Assembly (NCBI GenBank): GCA_043745445.1
Contig: JAYTSX010000244.1
Span: 1-54,682, forward strand
Length of the DNA: 54,682 bases
Source of the DNA: Elusimicrobiota bacterium
GTDB lineage: Bacteria > Elusimicrobiota > Elusimicrobia > UBA1565 > UBA9628
Direction: 5' to 3'
Below are positions 1 to 9,050 of the stretch, one piece after another (position 1 is the first letter of the stretch; the number at the start of each line of letters is the position of its first letter). Both the position numbers and the translations under genes were made by a program. Below the pieces are notes generated by a model. The model was not told where the DNA came from, did no database searches, and worked only from the letters and a program-made list of their open reading frames with translations.

Positions 1-1143
1 AACTTCGCCGCGGCGGCCAAGGCGGCCGGCGTTTCCCGCATCATCTATCTTGGCGGGCTTGGAGAGGGAGAGCTGTCCCCCCATCTCGAGAGCCGGCAGG
101 AGGTCGGAAGGATTTTGGCGGAATCGGGGGCCGCCGTGATTGAATTCCGCGCGTCGATCGTGATTGGCTCCGGAAGCATCTCCTATGAGATGGTGCGCGC
201 GTTGGTGGAACGCTTGCCTATCATGACGACCCCGTCCTGGGTGCGCGTTCAAGCTCAGCCGATCGCCATCGAAGATTTGCTCGCCTACCTGATCGCCGCT
301 CTCGACAAAACTCCGGTCAGGAGCGCCGTGTACGAGATCGGCGGCCAGGATCGCGTTTCCTACGAGCAGATCATGAGCGAGTACGCGCGTCAACGCGGCT
401 TAAAGCGGACGATGATTCCGGTGGCGTTGCTCACGCCGTGGCTCTCGAGCCTCTGGCTCGCGGTCGTGACGCCGATTTACGCCCGTATCGGCCGCCGTTT
501 GTTTACGAGCCTGCGCCACGAAACCGTCGTGCGCGACGATCAAGCGCTCAGGGATTTCTCCGTGCGTCCGCGCGGGCTGGCCGAGGCGATCACCCGCGCG
601 TTGACCAACGAGAATCGAGAGTACGCGGAGAGCCGGTGGTTTGACGCGTTGTCCTCGAACGGCCCCCTGCAGAAATTTCCCGGCGCGTCGGCGCGGCTCG
701 TGGACGCGAGGACTGCGGATTCTCGCGCGACGCCCGGCCGGTTGTTCAACGAAGTCGCCTCGCTCGGCGGCGCGAGCGGCTGGCCTTTTCATTCGCTCTG
801 GGTCCTGCGCGGCTTTATGGACCAACTTGCCGGGGGCGTGGGGATGCGGCGGGGCCGGCCGGTCGGTCGGGGCCTGCGCGTGGGCGACGCGCTCGATTTC
901 TGGCGCGTGGAGGTCCTCGAGCCGGGGCGAAGGCTGCGCCTGCACGCGGAGATGCGCCTGCCGGGGAGGGCCTGGCTCGAGTTCGAGGTCGCCGAGCGCG
1001 AGGGCGGCTCGCGCTTATTGCAAACCGCGGTCTTCGAGGCACACGGCCTGGCCGGGTTGTGCTATTGGTACGCATTGGTGCCCGCGCACGCGGTGATTTT
1101 CGCCGGCATGGCACGAAAGTTGGCTCGCCGCGCGGAGAGGTAA
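1..1143 (+). CDS. NAD(P)-binding SDR/epimerase-family oxidoreductase with C-terminal DUF2867 (YbjT-like); 5' end outside window
   Basis: Frame is open from base 1 (NFAAAAKAAGVSRIIYLGGL...). Motifs FRASIVIGSGS, QPIAIEDL and C-terminal GDALDFWRV...AEMRLPGRAWLEF. Confidence 0.85.
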   Translation, partial: NFAAAAKAAGVSRIIYLGGLGEGELSPHLESRQEVGRILAESGAAVIEFRASIVIGSGSISYEMVRALVERLPIMTTPSWVRVQAQPIAIEDLLAYLIAALDKTPVRSAVYEIGGQDRVSYEQIMSEYARQRGLKRTMIPVALLTPWLSSLWLAVVTPIYARIGRRLFTSLRHETVVRDDQALRDFSVRPRGLAEAITRALTNENREYAESRWFDALSSNGPLQKFPGASARLVDARTADSRATPGRLFNEVASLGGASGWPFHSLWVLRGFMDQLAGGVGMRRGRPVGRGLRVGDALDFWRVEVLEPGRRLRLHAEMRLPGRAWLEFEVAEREGGSRLLQTAVFEAHGLAGLCYWYALVPAHAVIFAGMARKLARRAER

Positions 1144-1144
1144 T

Positions 1145-1657
1145 ATGACTGTCACGAAGGCGCTGCCCCTGATGCTCCTGCTTTTGTCAGCCTGCTCTCA
1201 CATTCCCTTCGATTCTCAGCCCATGCCTCGAGTGGAGGCTGAGAAGTACATGGGCAAGTGGTATGAGATCGCGCGCCTGCCCAATCGCTTCGAGAAAGGC
1301 TGTGAGGGCGTCACCGCTGAATACGCGCTGCAGAAAAAAGGATCGGTGAGCGTGCTCAACACCTGTCATAAAGACAGCCCGCAAGGACCCGCGCGCACCG
1401 CTAAAGCCACGGCTTGGAGCGTGGACCCGTCAGGGTCACGCTACGAAGTTTCGTTTTTCAAGCCTTTCAAGGCGCCCTACTGGATCATCGAGCTCGACCC
1501 CCAATACCGCTGGGCCGCGGTCGGCCATCCCGCCCGGAAGTACCTTTGGATCCTGGCGCGCGAGAAGACCTTGCCGCCGGACATCGAGAAGGAGCTGATG
1601 GCCAAACTTCGGGCCCTGGGCTACGACACCGCGCGCATGGAACGGCCGAAGCAGTAG
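1145..1657 (+). CDS. blc: Lipocalin family lipoprotein (Blc-like)
   Basis: Lipobox LSAC; KYMGKWYEIARLP, YWIIELDPQYRWA and YLWILAR motifs. Confidence 0.9.
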   Translation: MTVTKALPLMLLLLSACSHIPFDSQPMPRVEAEKYMGKWYEIARLPNRFEKGCEGVTAEYALQKKGSVSVLNTCHKDSPQGPARTAKATAWSVDPSGSRYEVSFFKPFKAPYWIIELDPQYRWAAVGHPARKYLWILAREKTLPPDIEKELMAKLRALGYDTARMERPKQ

Positions 1658-1695
1658 CCCGTGTGTAAGAATTCGGATTCGCCCGGCACATATCA

Positions 1696-3114
1696 ATGAT
1701 GACAACTCTTGTCTGGCTTGGCCGTGATCTGCGCTTGGCGGACAACCCCGCGTTGTTCGACGCCGCCGCCGCAGGTGCGGTGGTGCCCATTTTCGTTTGG
1801 CCTCCCGCGGATGACGCGCAATGGGCGCCCGGGGCGGCTTCGCGTTGGTGGCTGCATCACTCGCTCGCGAGCCTGGAACGCGATTTACGCAAGCGCGGCT
1901 CGCGTCTGATCATCAAAAAAGGCCCCGCAGCGACGGCGCTCGTCTCGGCCGCGCGCGAGTGCGGCGCCGGCGCTGTCGCCTGGAATCAATTGTACGAACC
2001 CGCGGCCCGGCGCCAGGAGATTGCCGTGCGAAGCGCTCTCGACGCGGCCGGCGTGAGCGCCCAGGTCCATGAGGGCAACATCCTCTTCGCGCCCGATGCG
2101 ATTCGCACTTTGAACGGCGGGCCCTATCGCGTCTTCACGCCTTATTGGAATCGCTGCGGGGCAGAGGCCGAGCCCGCCGCCCCGCGCGGCGAGGTCGGTC
2201 CGCTGAAGCTCCCCTCCAAGCTCCCGAAGTCTCTGACGCTCACCGAACTCGAGCTTCTACCCAAAGTCGCATGGGCCGGAGGTCTGAACGATGCTTTTAC
2301 ACCCGGCGAGACGGGCGCGCGCCGCGACTTCGAGGCCTTCCTGGCGGGACCGATCCGCAGCTACGCCACAGACCGGAACTTCCCCGCAAGCGACGGCGTC
2401 TCGCGGCTCTCCCCCCGTCTGCACTTCGGCGAGCTCTCGGTCCGGCGCGTCTGGCGCGAGGCGCTCGGCGGAGATCCCGCGGCCAAGGGCGGCTTTCTGG
2501 CCGAGCTCGGCTGGCGCGACTTTGCGCGCCATGTCCTCTTCCATCATCCCGCCACGCCGCAGACGCCGCTCGATGAGCGCTTCAAGTCTTTCCGCTGGCG
2601 CCACGACGCCAAGGGCCTCGCGGCCTGGAAGAAAGGGCTCACCGGCTATCCGTTTGTCGACGCGGGCATGCGTCAGCTGTGGGCCACCGGCTTCATGCAC
2701 AACCGTGTGCGCATGGTCGTCGCGTCCTTCCTCACCAAGGACCTGCTCATCGACTGGCGCGAAGGCGCGCGCTGGTTCTGGGACACGCTCGTGGACGCCG
2801 ACCTCGCCAACAACACCCTCGGCTGGCAGTGGGCCGCGGGCTGCGGCGCCGACGCGGCACCATTCTTCCGTATCTTCAATCCCGTCGAGCAGGGCAAGCG
2901 CTACGACGCCACGGGCGCGTACACCCGCCGTTGGGTGCCGGAGCTCGCGGCCCTGCCCGACCGCTGGCTGCACCAGCCCTGGGAGGCTCCCGTCGACATC
3001 CTCGCCGAGTCCAAGGTCGCGCTGGGAGAAAATTATCCCGCCCCGATCGTGGATCACAAGGCCGCCCGCGTCCGCGCGCTCGAGGTGTTCGGCGCCTCGG
3101 GGAAGGCGCGATGA
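1696..3114 (+). CDS. phrB: Deoxyribodipyrimidine photolyase (class I/III CPD photolyase)
   Basis: WLGRDLRLADNPAL, SRLSPRLHFGELS, TGYPFVDAGMRQL, MHNRVRM, GWQWAAGCGADAAPFFRIFNP. Confidence 0.93.
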   Translation: MMTTLVWLGRDLRLADNPALFDAAAAGAVVPIFVWPPADDAQWAPGAASRWWLHHSLASLERDLRKRGSRLIIKKGPAATALVSAARECGAGAVAWNQLYEPAARRQEIAVRSALDAAGVSAQVHEGNILFAPDAIRTLNGGPYRVFTPYWNRCGAEAEPAAPRGEVGPLKLPSKLPKSLTLTELELLPKVAWAGGLNDAFTPGETGARRDFEAFLAGPIRSYATDRNFPASDGVSRLSPRLHFGELSVRRVWREALGGDPAAKGGFLAELGWRDFARHVLFHHPATPQTPLDERFKSFRWRHDAKGLAAWKKGLTGYPFVDAGMRQLWATGFMHNRVRMVVASFLTKDLLIDWREGARWFWDTLVDADLANNTLGWQWAAGCGADAAPFFRIFNPVEQGKRYDATGAYTRRWVPELAALPDRWLHQPWEAPVDILAESKVALGENYPAPIVDHKAARVRALEVFGASGKAR

Positions 3115-4478
3115 GTGCGCGAGTTTTGCGCCGGACCCAGTGGCTCCCGCGTCCGCGCGCGGAGGTCTTCGCCTTTTTCCAGAATCCGGCGAACCTCGCC
3201 AAGCTGACGCCGCCGTGGCTCGGCTTCCATGTCCTGACGCCCCAGCCGCTTGAGATGCGCGCGGGCGCCATCTTTGATTACCGCGTCAGCCCGTTGGGTT
3301 TCCCGCAGTATTGGCGGACTCTGATCGAATCTTACGACGCGCCCAACAGCTTCGTGGACACGCAGCTCAAAGGACCGTACAAGCTCTGGCATCACACGCA
3401 CCGCTTCGAGGACAAGGACGGCGGCACACTCATCACCGACGAGGTCCGCTACGAGCTTCCGTTCCAACCGTTGGGCGAGCTCGCCGCGGGCGAGGTCGAA
3501 CGCCGTCTCGACGCGATTTTTTCTTACCGCGAATCCGCGGTCGCCGCGCTGTTCAAACCGAAAGGAGGCACCATGAAGATCATTATCGCCGGGGGCAACG
3601 GGTGGATCGGACGGGACCTCTCCCGCGCCCTGATCAACGCCGGCCACGATGTCATCGTGCTCAGCCGCTCCGGTGCTCCGAGCCGCATCCCCGGAGTGCG
3701 CACGCGCTCCTGGCTCGTCGTCGACGCGGGCGGTTGGGAAAACGAGCTGGAAGGCGCAGACGCGGTCGTCAACCTTTGCGGCGAGGGCGTGGCGGACGGC
3801 CCCTGGACCGCGGCCCGAAGGGGCCGTCTCCTGCACAGCCGCTTAACTCCCACGCGCGCGCTCGTCGCGGCCCTCGGCCGCGTCGAGAAAAAACCTCCGG
3901 TCCTCATCAACGCCTCCGCCGTCGGCTGGTATGCGCAAGGCGACGAGCGCCTTCAAGCGGAGACCGACGCTGCGGGGCCGGGATTCCTCTCGGACCTGTG
4001 TGTGCGCTGGGAGAAAGAGGCGCGCGAAGCCGAGAAGCTCGGCATGCGCGTCGTGCTTCTTCGCATCGGCGTCGTGCTCGGCCGCGACGGCGGTGCTCTG
4101 TCGCGCATGCTCATCCCCTTCAAGCTCGCGCTCGGAGGACGCCTCGGCGACGGACGCCAGTATTTCCCGTGGGTGCATCTCGACGATGTGACCGGCCTGA
4201 TCATGAGCTCGATTACCAATGAGCGCCTGCGCGGGCCGGTGAACGCCGTCGGACCTGAGCTCGCCACGAACGCGGAGTTTACGGCCGCGCTCGGTCAAGT
4301 CCTGCATCGTCCGACGCCCTTCCCGGTTCCCGCCGCCGTGCTGAGATTGACGCTGGGCGAGATGTCATCCTTACTCCTTGGGAGCCTAAAGATCGTGCCC
4401 GTAGCCGCGGTCGGCGCCGGCTACCGGTTCAAGCATCTCCGCCTTGAAGACGCGCTGGCCGCGACCGTGCGGCCATAG
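3111..4478 (+). CDS. SRPBCC domain fused to TIGR01777-type epimerase/oxidoreductase
   Basis: ATG 3111 overlaps the phrB stop (ATGA). SRPBCC motifs FF.NP.NL.KLTPP and GPYKLWHHTHRF, then GGNGWIG Rossmann motif, LRIGVVLG and GRQYFPWVH. The track ORF from 2679 is an over-extension. Confidence 0.85.
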   Translation: MSARVLRRTQWLPRPRAEVFAFFQNPANLAKLTPPWLGFHVLTPQPLEMRAGAIFDYRVSPLGFPQYWRTLIESYDAPNSFVDTQLKGPYKLWHHTHRFEDKDGGTLITDEVRYELPFQPLGELAAGEVERRLDAIFSYRESAVAALFKPKGGTMKIIIAGGNGWIGRDLSRALINAGHDVIVLSRSGAPSRIPGVRTRSWLVVDAGGWENELEGADAVVNLCGEGVADGPWTAARRGRLLHSRLTPTRALVAALGRVEKKPPVLINASAVGWYAQGDERLQAETDAAGPGFLSDLCVRWEKEAREAEKLGMRVVLLRIGVVLGRDGGALSRMLIPFKLALGGRLGDGRQYFPWVHLDDVTGLIMSSITNERLRGPVNAVGPELATNAEFTAALGQVLHRPTPFPVPAAVLRLTLGEMSSLLLGSLKIVPVAAVGAGYRFKHLRLEDALAATVRP

Positions 4479-4491
4479 AACAGAGGTGCCT

Positions 4492-5991
4492 ATGAAGAGC
4501 GCCGTCGTGATCCTCGGCGACCAGCTGTTCTCTCCCGCGCGATTACGCGGGTGGGAGGGGCGCCCGGTGTTCATGGCCGAAGACCTGGGTCTGGCGACGC
4601 GCACGCGCCACCACAAGATCAAGCTAGCGTTCTTTTTCTCCGCGATGCGGGCCCACGCGCGGGAACTCTCCACCCTCGGATGGGCCGTCGAGTACCATCC
4701 GATCGACGCGGCGGACGCATCACGGCCATTCGAGGACAAGCTCCGGAAGTTCATGCGGCGCCACGCCGCGACCGGGCTGAGCATGTTCGAGGTCGAGGAC
4801 AAATTTTTCGAGGCCCGACTTGTCGAATTCTGCCGGCGCGAGGGATGGGCGTTGGAGTTCAAGGCCAGCCCGATGTTCCTGACCTCGCGCCAGGAATTCG
4901 AGCGCCACTTAAGCGGGCGAAAGAAGCCCTTCATGAAGAATTTCTACGAGGAGAGCCGGCGTCGTTTGGGGGTGCTGACCACTCTCGAAGGGGAGCCCGT
5001 CGGCGGCCGCTGGAGCTTCGACACCGAAAACCGGGAGCCGTTGCCCCGTGATTTCCAGGCGCCGCCGGCGCCGCGCTCAAGGCCGAGCGAGGCGGACGCC
5101 GAGGTGATCGAGCTGGTCGAGCGCCTGTTCCCGGACCATCCCGGCTCGGCGCGGGACCTTTGGCTGCCCACCGATCGAGCCGGCTGGCGCCGTTGGCTCA
5201 ACGAATTCCTGAAGCAACGATTCGCCTTATTCGGGCCGGTCGAGGACGCGTTGAGCCCCGACCACCCGATCCTCGCCCACTCCGTTCTGTCGCCCGCGTT
5301 GAATGTCGGGCTGCTGGAGCCGCAAGAAGTCATCGACGCCGCGTTGGCCCATGCGAAAAAGGAGCGCATCGAGATGCGCTCGCTCGAGGGCTTCGTACGC
5401 CAGGTGATCGGATGGCGAGAGTTCGTGCGCGGCGTCTATAGAGCGCATTCTGAGCATCAGGAAACGGCGAACGCCTGGGGCCACCACCGCACGCTGGCTC
5501 CCTGCTGGCGCGACGGGACGACGGGGATCCTCCCGATCGACCTGGCCATCCGCAAGACGCTGCGCCTAGGGTGGGCCCACCACATCGAGCGCCTGATGGT
5601 GTTGTCGAGCGCTATGTTCCTGTGCGAGATCGAACCCCGTGCCGCGCACGACTGGTTCATGGAGATGTTCGTCGACTCGGCGGATTGGGTGATGGGGCCC
5701 AATGTCTACGGCATGGGCCAAAACGCAGACGGCGGCTTAATGACGACGAAGCCTTATCTGTGCGCGTCGAATTACCTTCTTAAGATGGGCCGTTATCCCA
5801 AGGGCCCCTGGTGCGAAGAGCTCGACGGGCTTTATTGGCGCTGGATCCTCAAGAACAAGGCCGTTCTCGTTCGCAACCCCCGCATGGCGCAAACGGCGCG
5901 GGGATCCGAGCGCTTGAAACCGGCGCGCGTCGCCGTCTTGTCGGCCGCCGCCGACCGCGCGTTGGCCCGCTTGACGCGCTCCTCGATTTAG
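4492..5991 (+). CDS. Bacterial cryptochrome/(6-4) photolyase family protein (COG3046/PhrB-like), apparently without the Fe-S cysteines
   Basis: SD GAGGTG before ATG 4492. Motifs ILGDQLF, HKIKL, GGRWSFDTENR, EGFVRQVIGWREF, HHIERLM, WVMGPNVYGM and TKPY. Confidence 0.88.
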   Translation: MKSAVVILGDQLFSPARLRGWEGRPVFMAEDLGLATRTRHHKIKLAFFFSAMRAHARELSTLGWAVEYHPIDAADASRPFEDKLRKFMRRHAATGLSMFEVEDKFFEARLVEFCRREGWALEFKASPMFLTSRQEFERHLSGRKKPFMKNFYEESRRRLGVLTTLEGEPVGGRWSFDTENREPLPRDFQAPPAPRSRPSEADAEVIELVERLFPDHPGSARDLWLPTDRAGWRRWLNEFLKQRFALFGPVEDALSPDHPILAHSVLSPALNVGLLEPQEVIDAALAHAKKERIEMRSLEGFVRQVIGWREFVRGVYRAHSEHQETANAWGHHRTLAPCWRDGTTGILPIDLAIRKTLRLGWAHHIERLMVLSSAMFLCEIEPRAAHDWFMEMFVDSADWVMGPNVYGMGQNADGGLMTTKPYLCASNYLLKMGRYPKGPWCEELDGLYWRWILKNKAVLVRNPRMAQTARGSERLKPARVAVLSAAADRALARLTRSSI

Positions 5992-6025
5992 CGCCCCACG
6001 CACGACCGCCCATAAATATTTCTCC

Positions 6026-6130
6026 AAGCGTCGTGAGGGACCCGTCGCCAAAGAGATCGAGCAGCAGACGAAGAAAATCCCATCGGATTGGTTCCTATGG
6101 GCGAGCTTTGGCTCGACCGCGCGCCATGTA
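6026..6130 (+). pseudogene. Probable remnant of a small conserved membrane protein (EGPVAKEIEQQTKKIPSDWFLWASFGS)
   Basis: Protein-like stretch with no start codon, in frame with the downstream lipocalin. It resembles from memory a widespread hypothetical family; not verified. Confidence 0.35.
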
Positions 6131-6160
6131 ATAACCGGCCCGTCGGGAGCACTTATTAGC

Positions 6161-6697
6161 ATGAAGATCGCGATGCTCCTAGCCACCTGTCTCGCGTTAC
6201 CCGTCTCGGCTAAAAATACTCCGTTGCCCGTCGTGGAATCCATCGACCTGGCGCGCTACATGGGGACCTGGTATGAGATCGCCCACATCCCCAATTACCC
6301 GCAAAAGGGCTGCACGGACACGACCGTTCACTACAGTCTCAACGATTCCGGGGCCTTCGACCTCGTCAACACCTGCTGGAAGAGCGGCAAATCCAAGCCG
6401 TACCGCGGGAGCGCCCGGCGCGTCGAAGCGTCCTCGTCGGCCAAGTTCCGAGTGAAGTTCTACGTGTTTTTCGGCGGCGACTACTGGATCACGGACCTCG
6501 ACCCGGACTACCGCTGGGCCGTCGTGGGCGCACCCGGGCGGGATCATCTCTGGATCATCAGCCGCGAACAGACGCTCGACGCTACGGTCTATCAAGGCAT
6601 CCTCTTGCGGGCGCGAGCCTTGGGCTTTGACACGGACAAGCTCACCCGCACGGTCGTCACGGGGGCGGCCCCTCCGTCCCTGGTGTCAGGCCTATAG
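6161..6697 (+). CDS. Lipocalin family protein (second copy)
   Basis: Signal peptide; RYMGTWYEIAH, DYWITDLDPDYRWA and LWIISR motifs. Confidence 0.88.
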   Translation: MKIAMLLATCLALPVSAKNTPLPVVESIDLARYMGTWYEIAHIPNYPQKGCTDTTVHYSLNDSGAFDLVNTCWKSGKSKPYRGSARRVEASSSAKFRVKFYVFFGGDYWITDLDPDYRWAVVGAPGRDHLWIISREQTLDATVYQGILLRARALGFDTDKLTRTVVTGAAPPSLVSGL

Positions 6698-6772
6698 TTT
6701 CGTCAATTACTCGTTAAAGTATTTCGCGTAAGTATAAGCCTGACACCATCCCGTGTAAGGTAAAATCAACGC

Positions 6773-9043
6773 ATGATCGACCGATACCCTTCGCTGATCG
6801 CCGCTGAGCTGTCTTTGCCCGCCGCCGGAGTCAACGCCGTGATCGGCTTGCTCGATCAAGATGCGACGATTCCCTTCATCGCACGCTACCGCAAGGAAGT
6901 GACGGGCAATCTTGACGAGGTCGCCATCGCCGCGGTCCGCGACCGCTTGGGACAACTCAAGGAGCTCGATGCCCGCAAAGCGGCGATCATGAAGTCGCTC
7001 GAGGAGCGCAAGCTCCTCACGCCTGAGCTCACTGCGAAGGTCGTCGGTGCCGCGACTCTCGCGATTCTCGAGGACATCTATCTTCCCTACCGCCCGAAGA
7101 AGCGCACCCGCGCGATGATCGCCAAGGAGAAGGGCCTGGAGCCTCTCGCCGATACGATTTTCGCCCAGGGCCCGGGAATTCCCGAGGAGCTCGCCAAGGC
7201 TTTCATCGACGCCGAAAAAGGCGTCAAAGACGCTGCCGAAGCCTTAGCCGGCGCGCGCGACATCATCGCCGAGCGCGTCGCCGAGGACGCCCCCGCCCGC
7301 GCGCGTCTGCGCGAGGTGTTCTTCGCGAAGGGAGAGTTCCACTCCAAGGTTATCGCCGGCAAAGAGGCCGAGGGCGCCAAATTCAAGGATTACTTCGACT
7401 GGAAGGAAACGGCGTCAAAATCCCCCTCGCACCGAGTGCTCGCAATGCGCCGCGGCGAGTCCGAAGGTTTCCTGTATATGCGCGTCGAAGTGCCCGAGGA
7501 CGACACCATCCCGATGCTGCAGTCGCTTTTCACCAAAGGGACCGGCCCCTGCGCCGCCCAGGTCCGGCTCGCCATCGAAGACGCCTACCGGCGCCTGATG
7601 TCTTTCTCGATGGAGACCGAGGTGCGCCTCGACACGAAAAAGGCCGCGGACCGGGAAGCCATCGCCGTGTTCGCGCGAAACCTGCGCGAGATTCTGATGT
7701 CCTCCCCCTTGGGCCAGAAGCGGCTGCTGGCGCTCGACCCGGGATTTCGCACCGGCTGCAAGCTGGTGATTCTTGACGAGCAGGGAAAATTGCTGCACCA
7801 CGATGTCATCATGCCTCACACCGGCGCGGGCGGCCTGCTCGAGGCGGCCGTGAAGGTCAAGAATCTGGCGACCAAGTTTAAGAGCGAGGTCGTCGCCATC
7901 GGCAACGGCACCGCCGGGCGCGAGACCGAGGAGTTCGTGCGCACGCTCAAGCTTCCCGGCGTGACTGTCGTGATGGTCAACGAGAGCGGCGCGTCGGTGT
8001 ATTCCGCCTCCGAAGCGGCGCGCGAGGAATTCCCCAACGAAGATATCACCGTCCGCGGCGCGGTTTCGATCGGCCGCCGGCTCATGGATCCTCTCGCAGA
8101 GTTGGTCAAGATCGACCCCAAGTCCATCGGCGTCGGGCAGTATCAGCACGATGTGGACCAGTTCGGGCTCAAGCGATCCCTGGATGACACTGTGGTCTCC
8201 TGCGTCAACAGCGTGGGCGTCGAAGTGAACAGCGCCAGCAAGGAGCTTTTGTCATATGTCTCCGGCTTGGGTCCCGTCCTCGCTAAAAATATCGTCGACT
8301 ACCGCAACGAGAACGGCGCCTTCTCCTCCCGCGCCGCGCTCAAGAAGGTTCCTCGCCTCGGGCCTAAGGCCTTCGAGCAGTCGGCGGGCTTCCTACGCAT
8401 CCGGGACGGAGGCAACCCGCTCGACGCGAGCGCCGTTCACCCGGAGCGCTACGAGATCGTCGAGAAGATGGCTTCAGACCTCGGCACGACCGTCAAGGAT
8501 CTGATCACCAGCGCCTCTTTACGCGCGAAGATCGACATCAAAAAGTACGCGACCGCCGACGCCGGCGAGTTGACCCTGCGCGACATCCTCTCCGAGCTGG
8601 CCAAGCCCGGCCGCGACCCGCGCCAGGGCTTCGAGGCGTTCGCCTTCGGCGCGGTCTCCAAGCTTGAGGATGTGAAGCCCGGCATGAAGCTGCCCGGCAT
8701 CGTCACCAATGTCGCCGCCTTCGGCGCGTTCGTGGACATCGGAGTCCATCAGGACGGCCTCGTGCATGTCAGCGAGGTGTCGGATAATTTTGTCAAGCAG
8801 CCCTCCGATGTGCTCAAGGTTCAGCAGCGCGTGCACGTCACCGTGCTCGAGGTGGACCTGGCGCGCAAGCGCATCGCGCTCTCGCTCAAGAGCAAGCCCG
8901 TCATCGGCGCTCGCGAGGACCGCAACACAGCAAACGCCGCGAGCCGGGGATCGTCGCGGCCTCAGCCCAAGCCCGAGGAGTCTGCACCCGTCGGCGCGAT
9001 GGCCGAGGCCCTCAAGGCGATGATGTCCAAGCGCCGGCTTTAA
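6773..9043 (+). CDS. tex: Tex family RNA-binding transcriptional accessory protein
   Basis: TIPFIARYRKE, ALDPGFRTGCK, NESGASVYSAS, SIGVGQYQHDV and C-terminal S1 domain (FGAFVDIGVHQDGLVH). Confidence 0.95.
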   Translation: MIDRYPSLIAAELSLPAAGVNAVIGLLDQDATIPFIARYRKEVTGNLDEVAIAAVRDRLGQLKELDARKAAIMKSLEERKLLTPELTAKVVGAATLAILEDIYLPYRPKKRTRAMIAKEKGLEPLADTIFAQGPGIPEELAKAFIDAEKGVKDAAEALAGARDIIAERVAEDAPARARLREVFFAKGEFHSKVIAGKEAEGAKFKDYFDWKETASKSPSHRVLAMRRGESEGFLYMRVEVPEDDTIPMLQSLFTKGTGPCAAQVRLAIEDAYRRLMSFSMETEVRLDTKKAADREAIAVFARNLREILMSSPLGQKRLLALDPGFRTGCKLVILDEQGKLLHHDVIMPHTGAGGLLEAAVKVKNLATKFKSEVVAIGNGTAGRETEEFVRTLKLPGVTVVMVNESGASVYSASEAAREEFPNEDITVRGAVSIGRRLMDPLAELVKIDPKSIGVGQYQHDVDQFGLKRSLDDTVVSCVNSVGVEVNSASKELLSYVSGLGPVLAKNIVDYRNENGAFSSRAALKKVPRLGPKAFEQSAGFLRIRDGGNPLDASAVHPERYEIVEKMASDLGTTVKDLITSASLRAKIDIKKYATADAGELTLRDILSELAKPGRDPRQGFEAFAFGAVSKLEDVKPGMKLPGIVTNVAAFGAFVDIGVHQDGLVHVSEVSDNFVKQPSDVLKVQQRVHVTVLEVDLARKRIALSLKSKPVIGAREDRNTANAASRGSSRPQPKPEESAPVGAMAEALKAMMSKRRL

Positions 9044-9050
9044 GGTCCGA

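Noticed and set aside
2679-3110. N-terminal extension of the 599-aa ORF
   Set aside because: Overlaps phrB out of frame. ATG 3111 with ATGA coupling is the plausible start.
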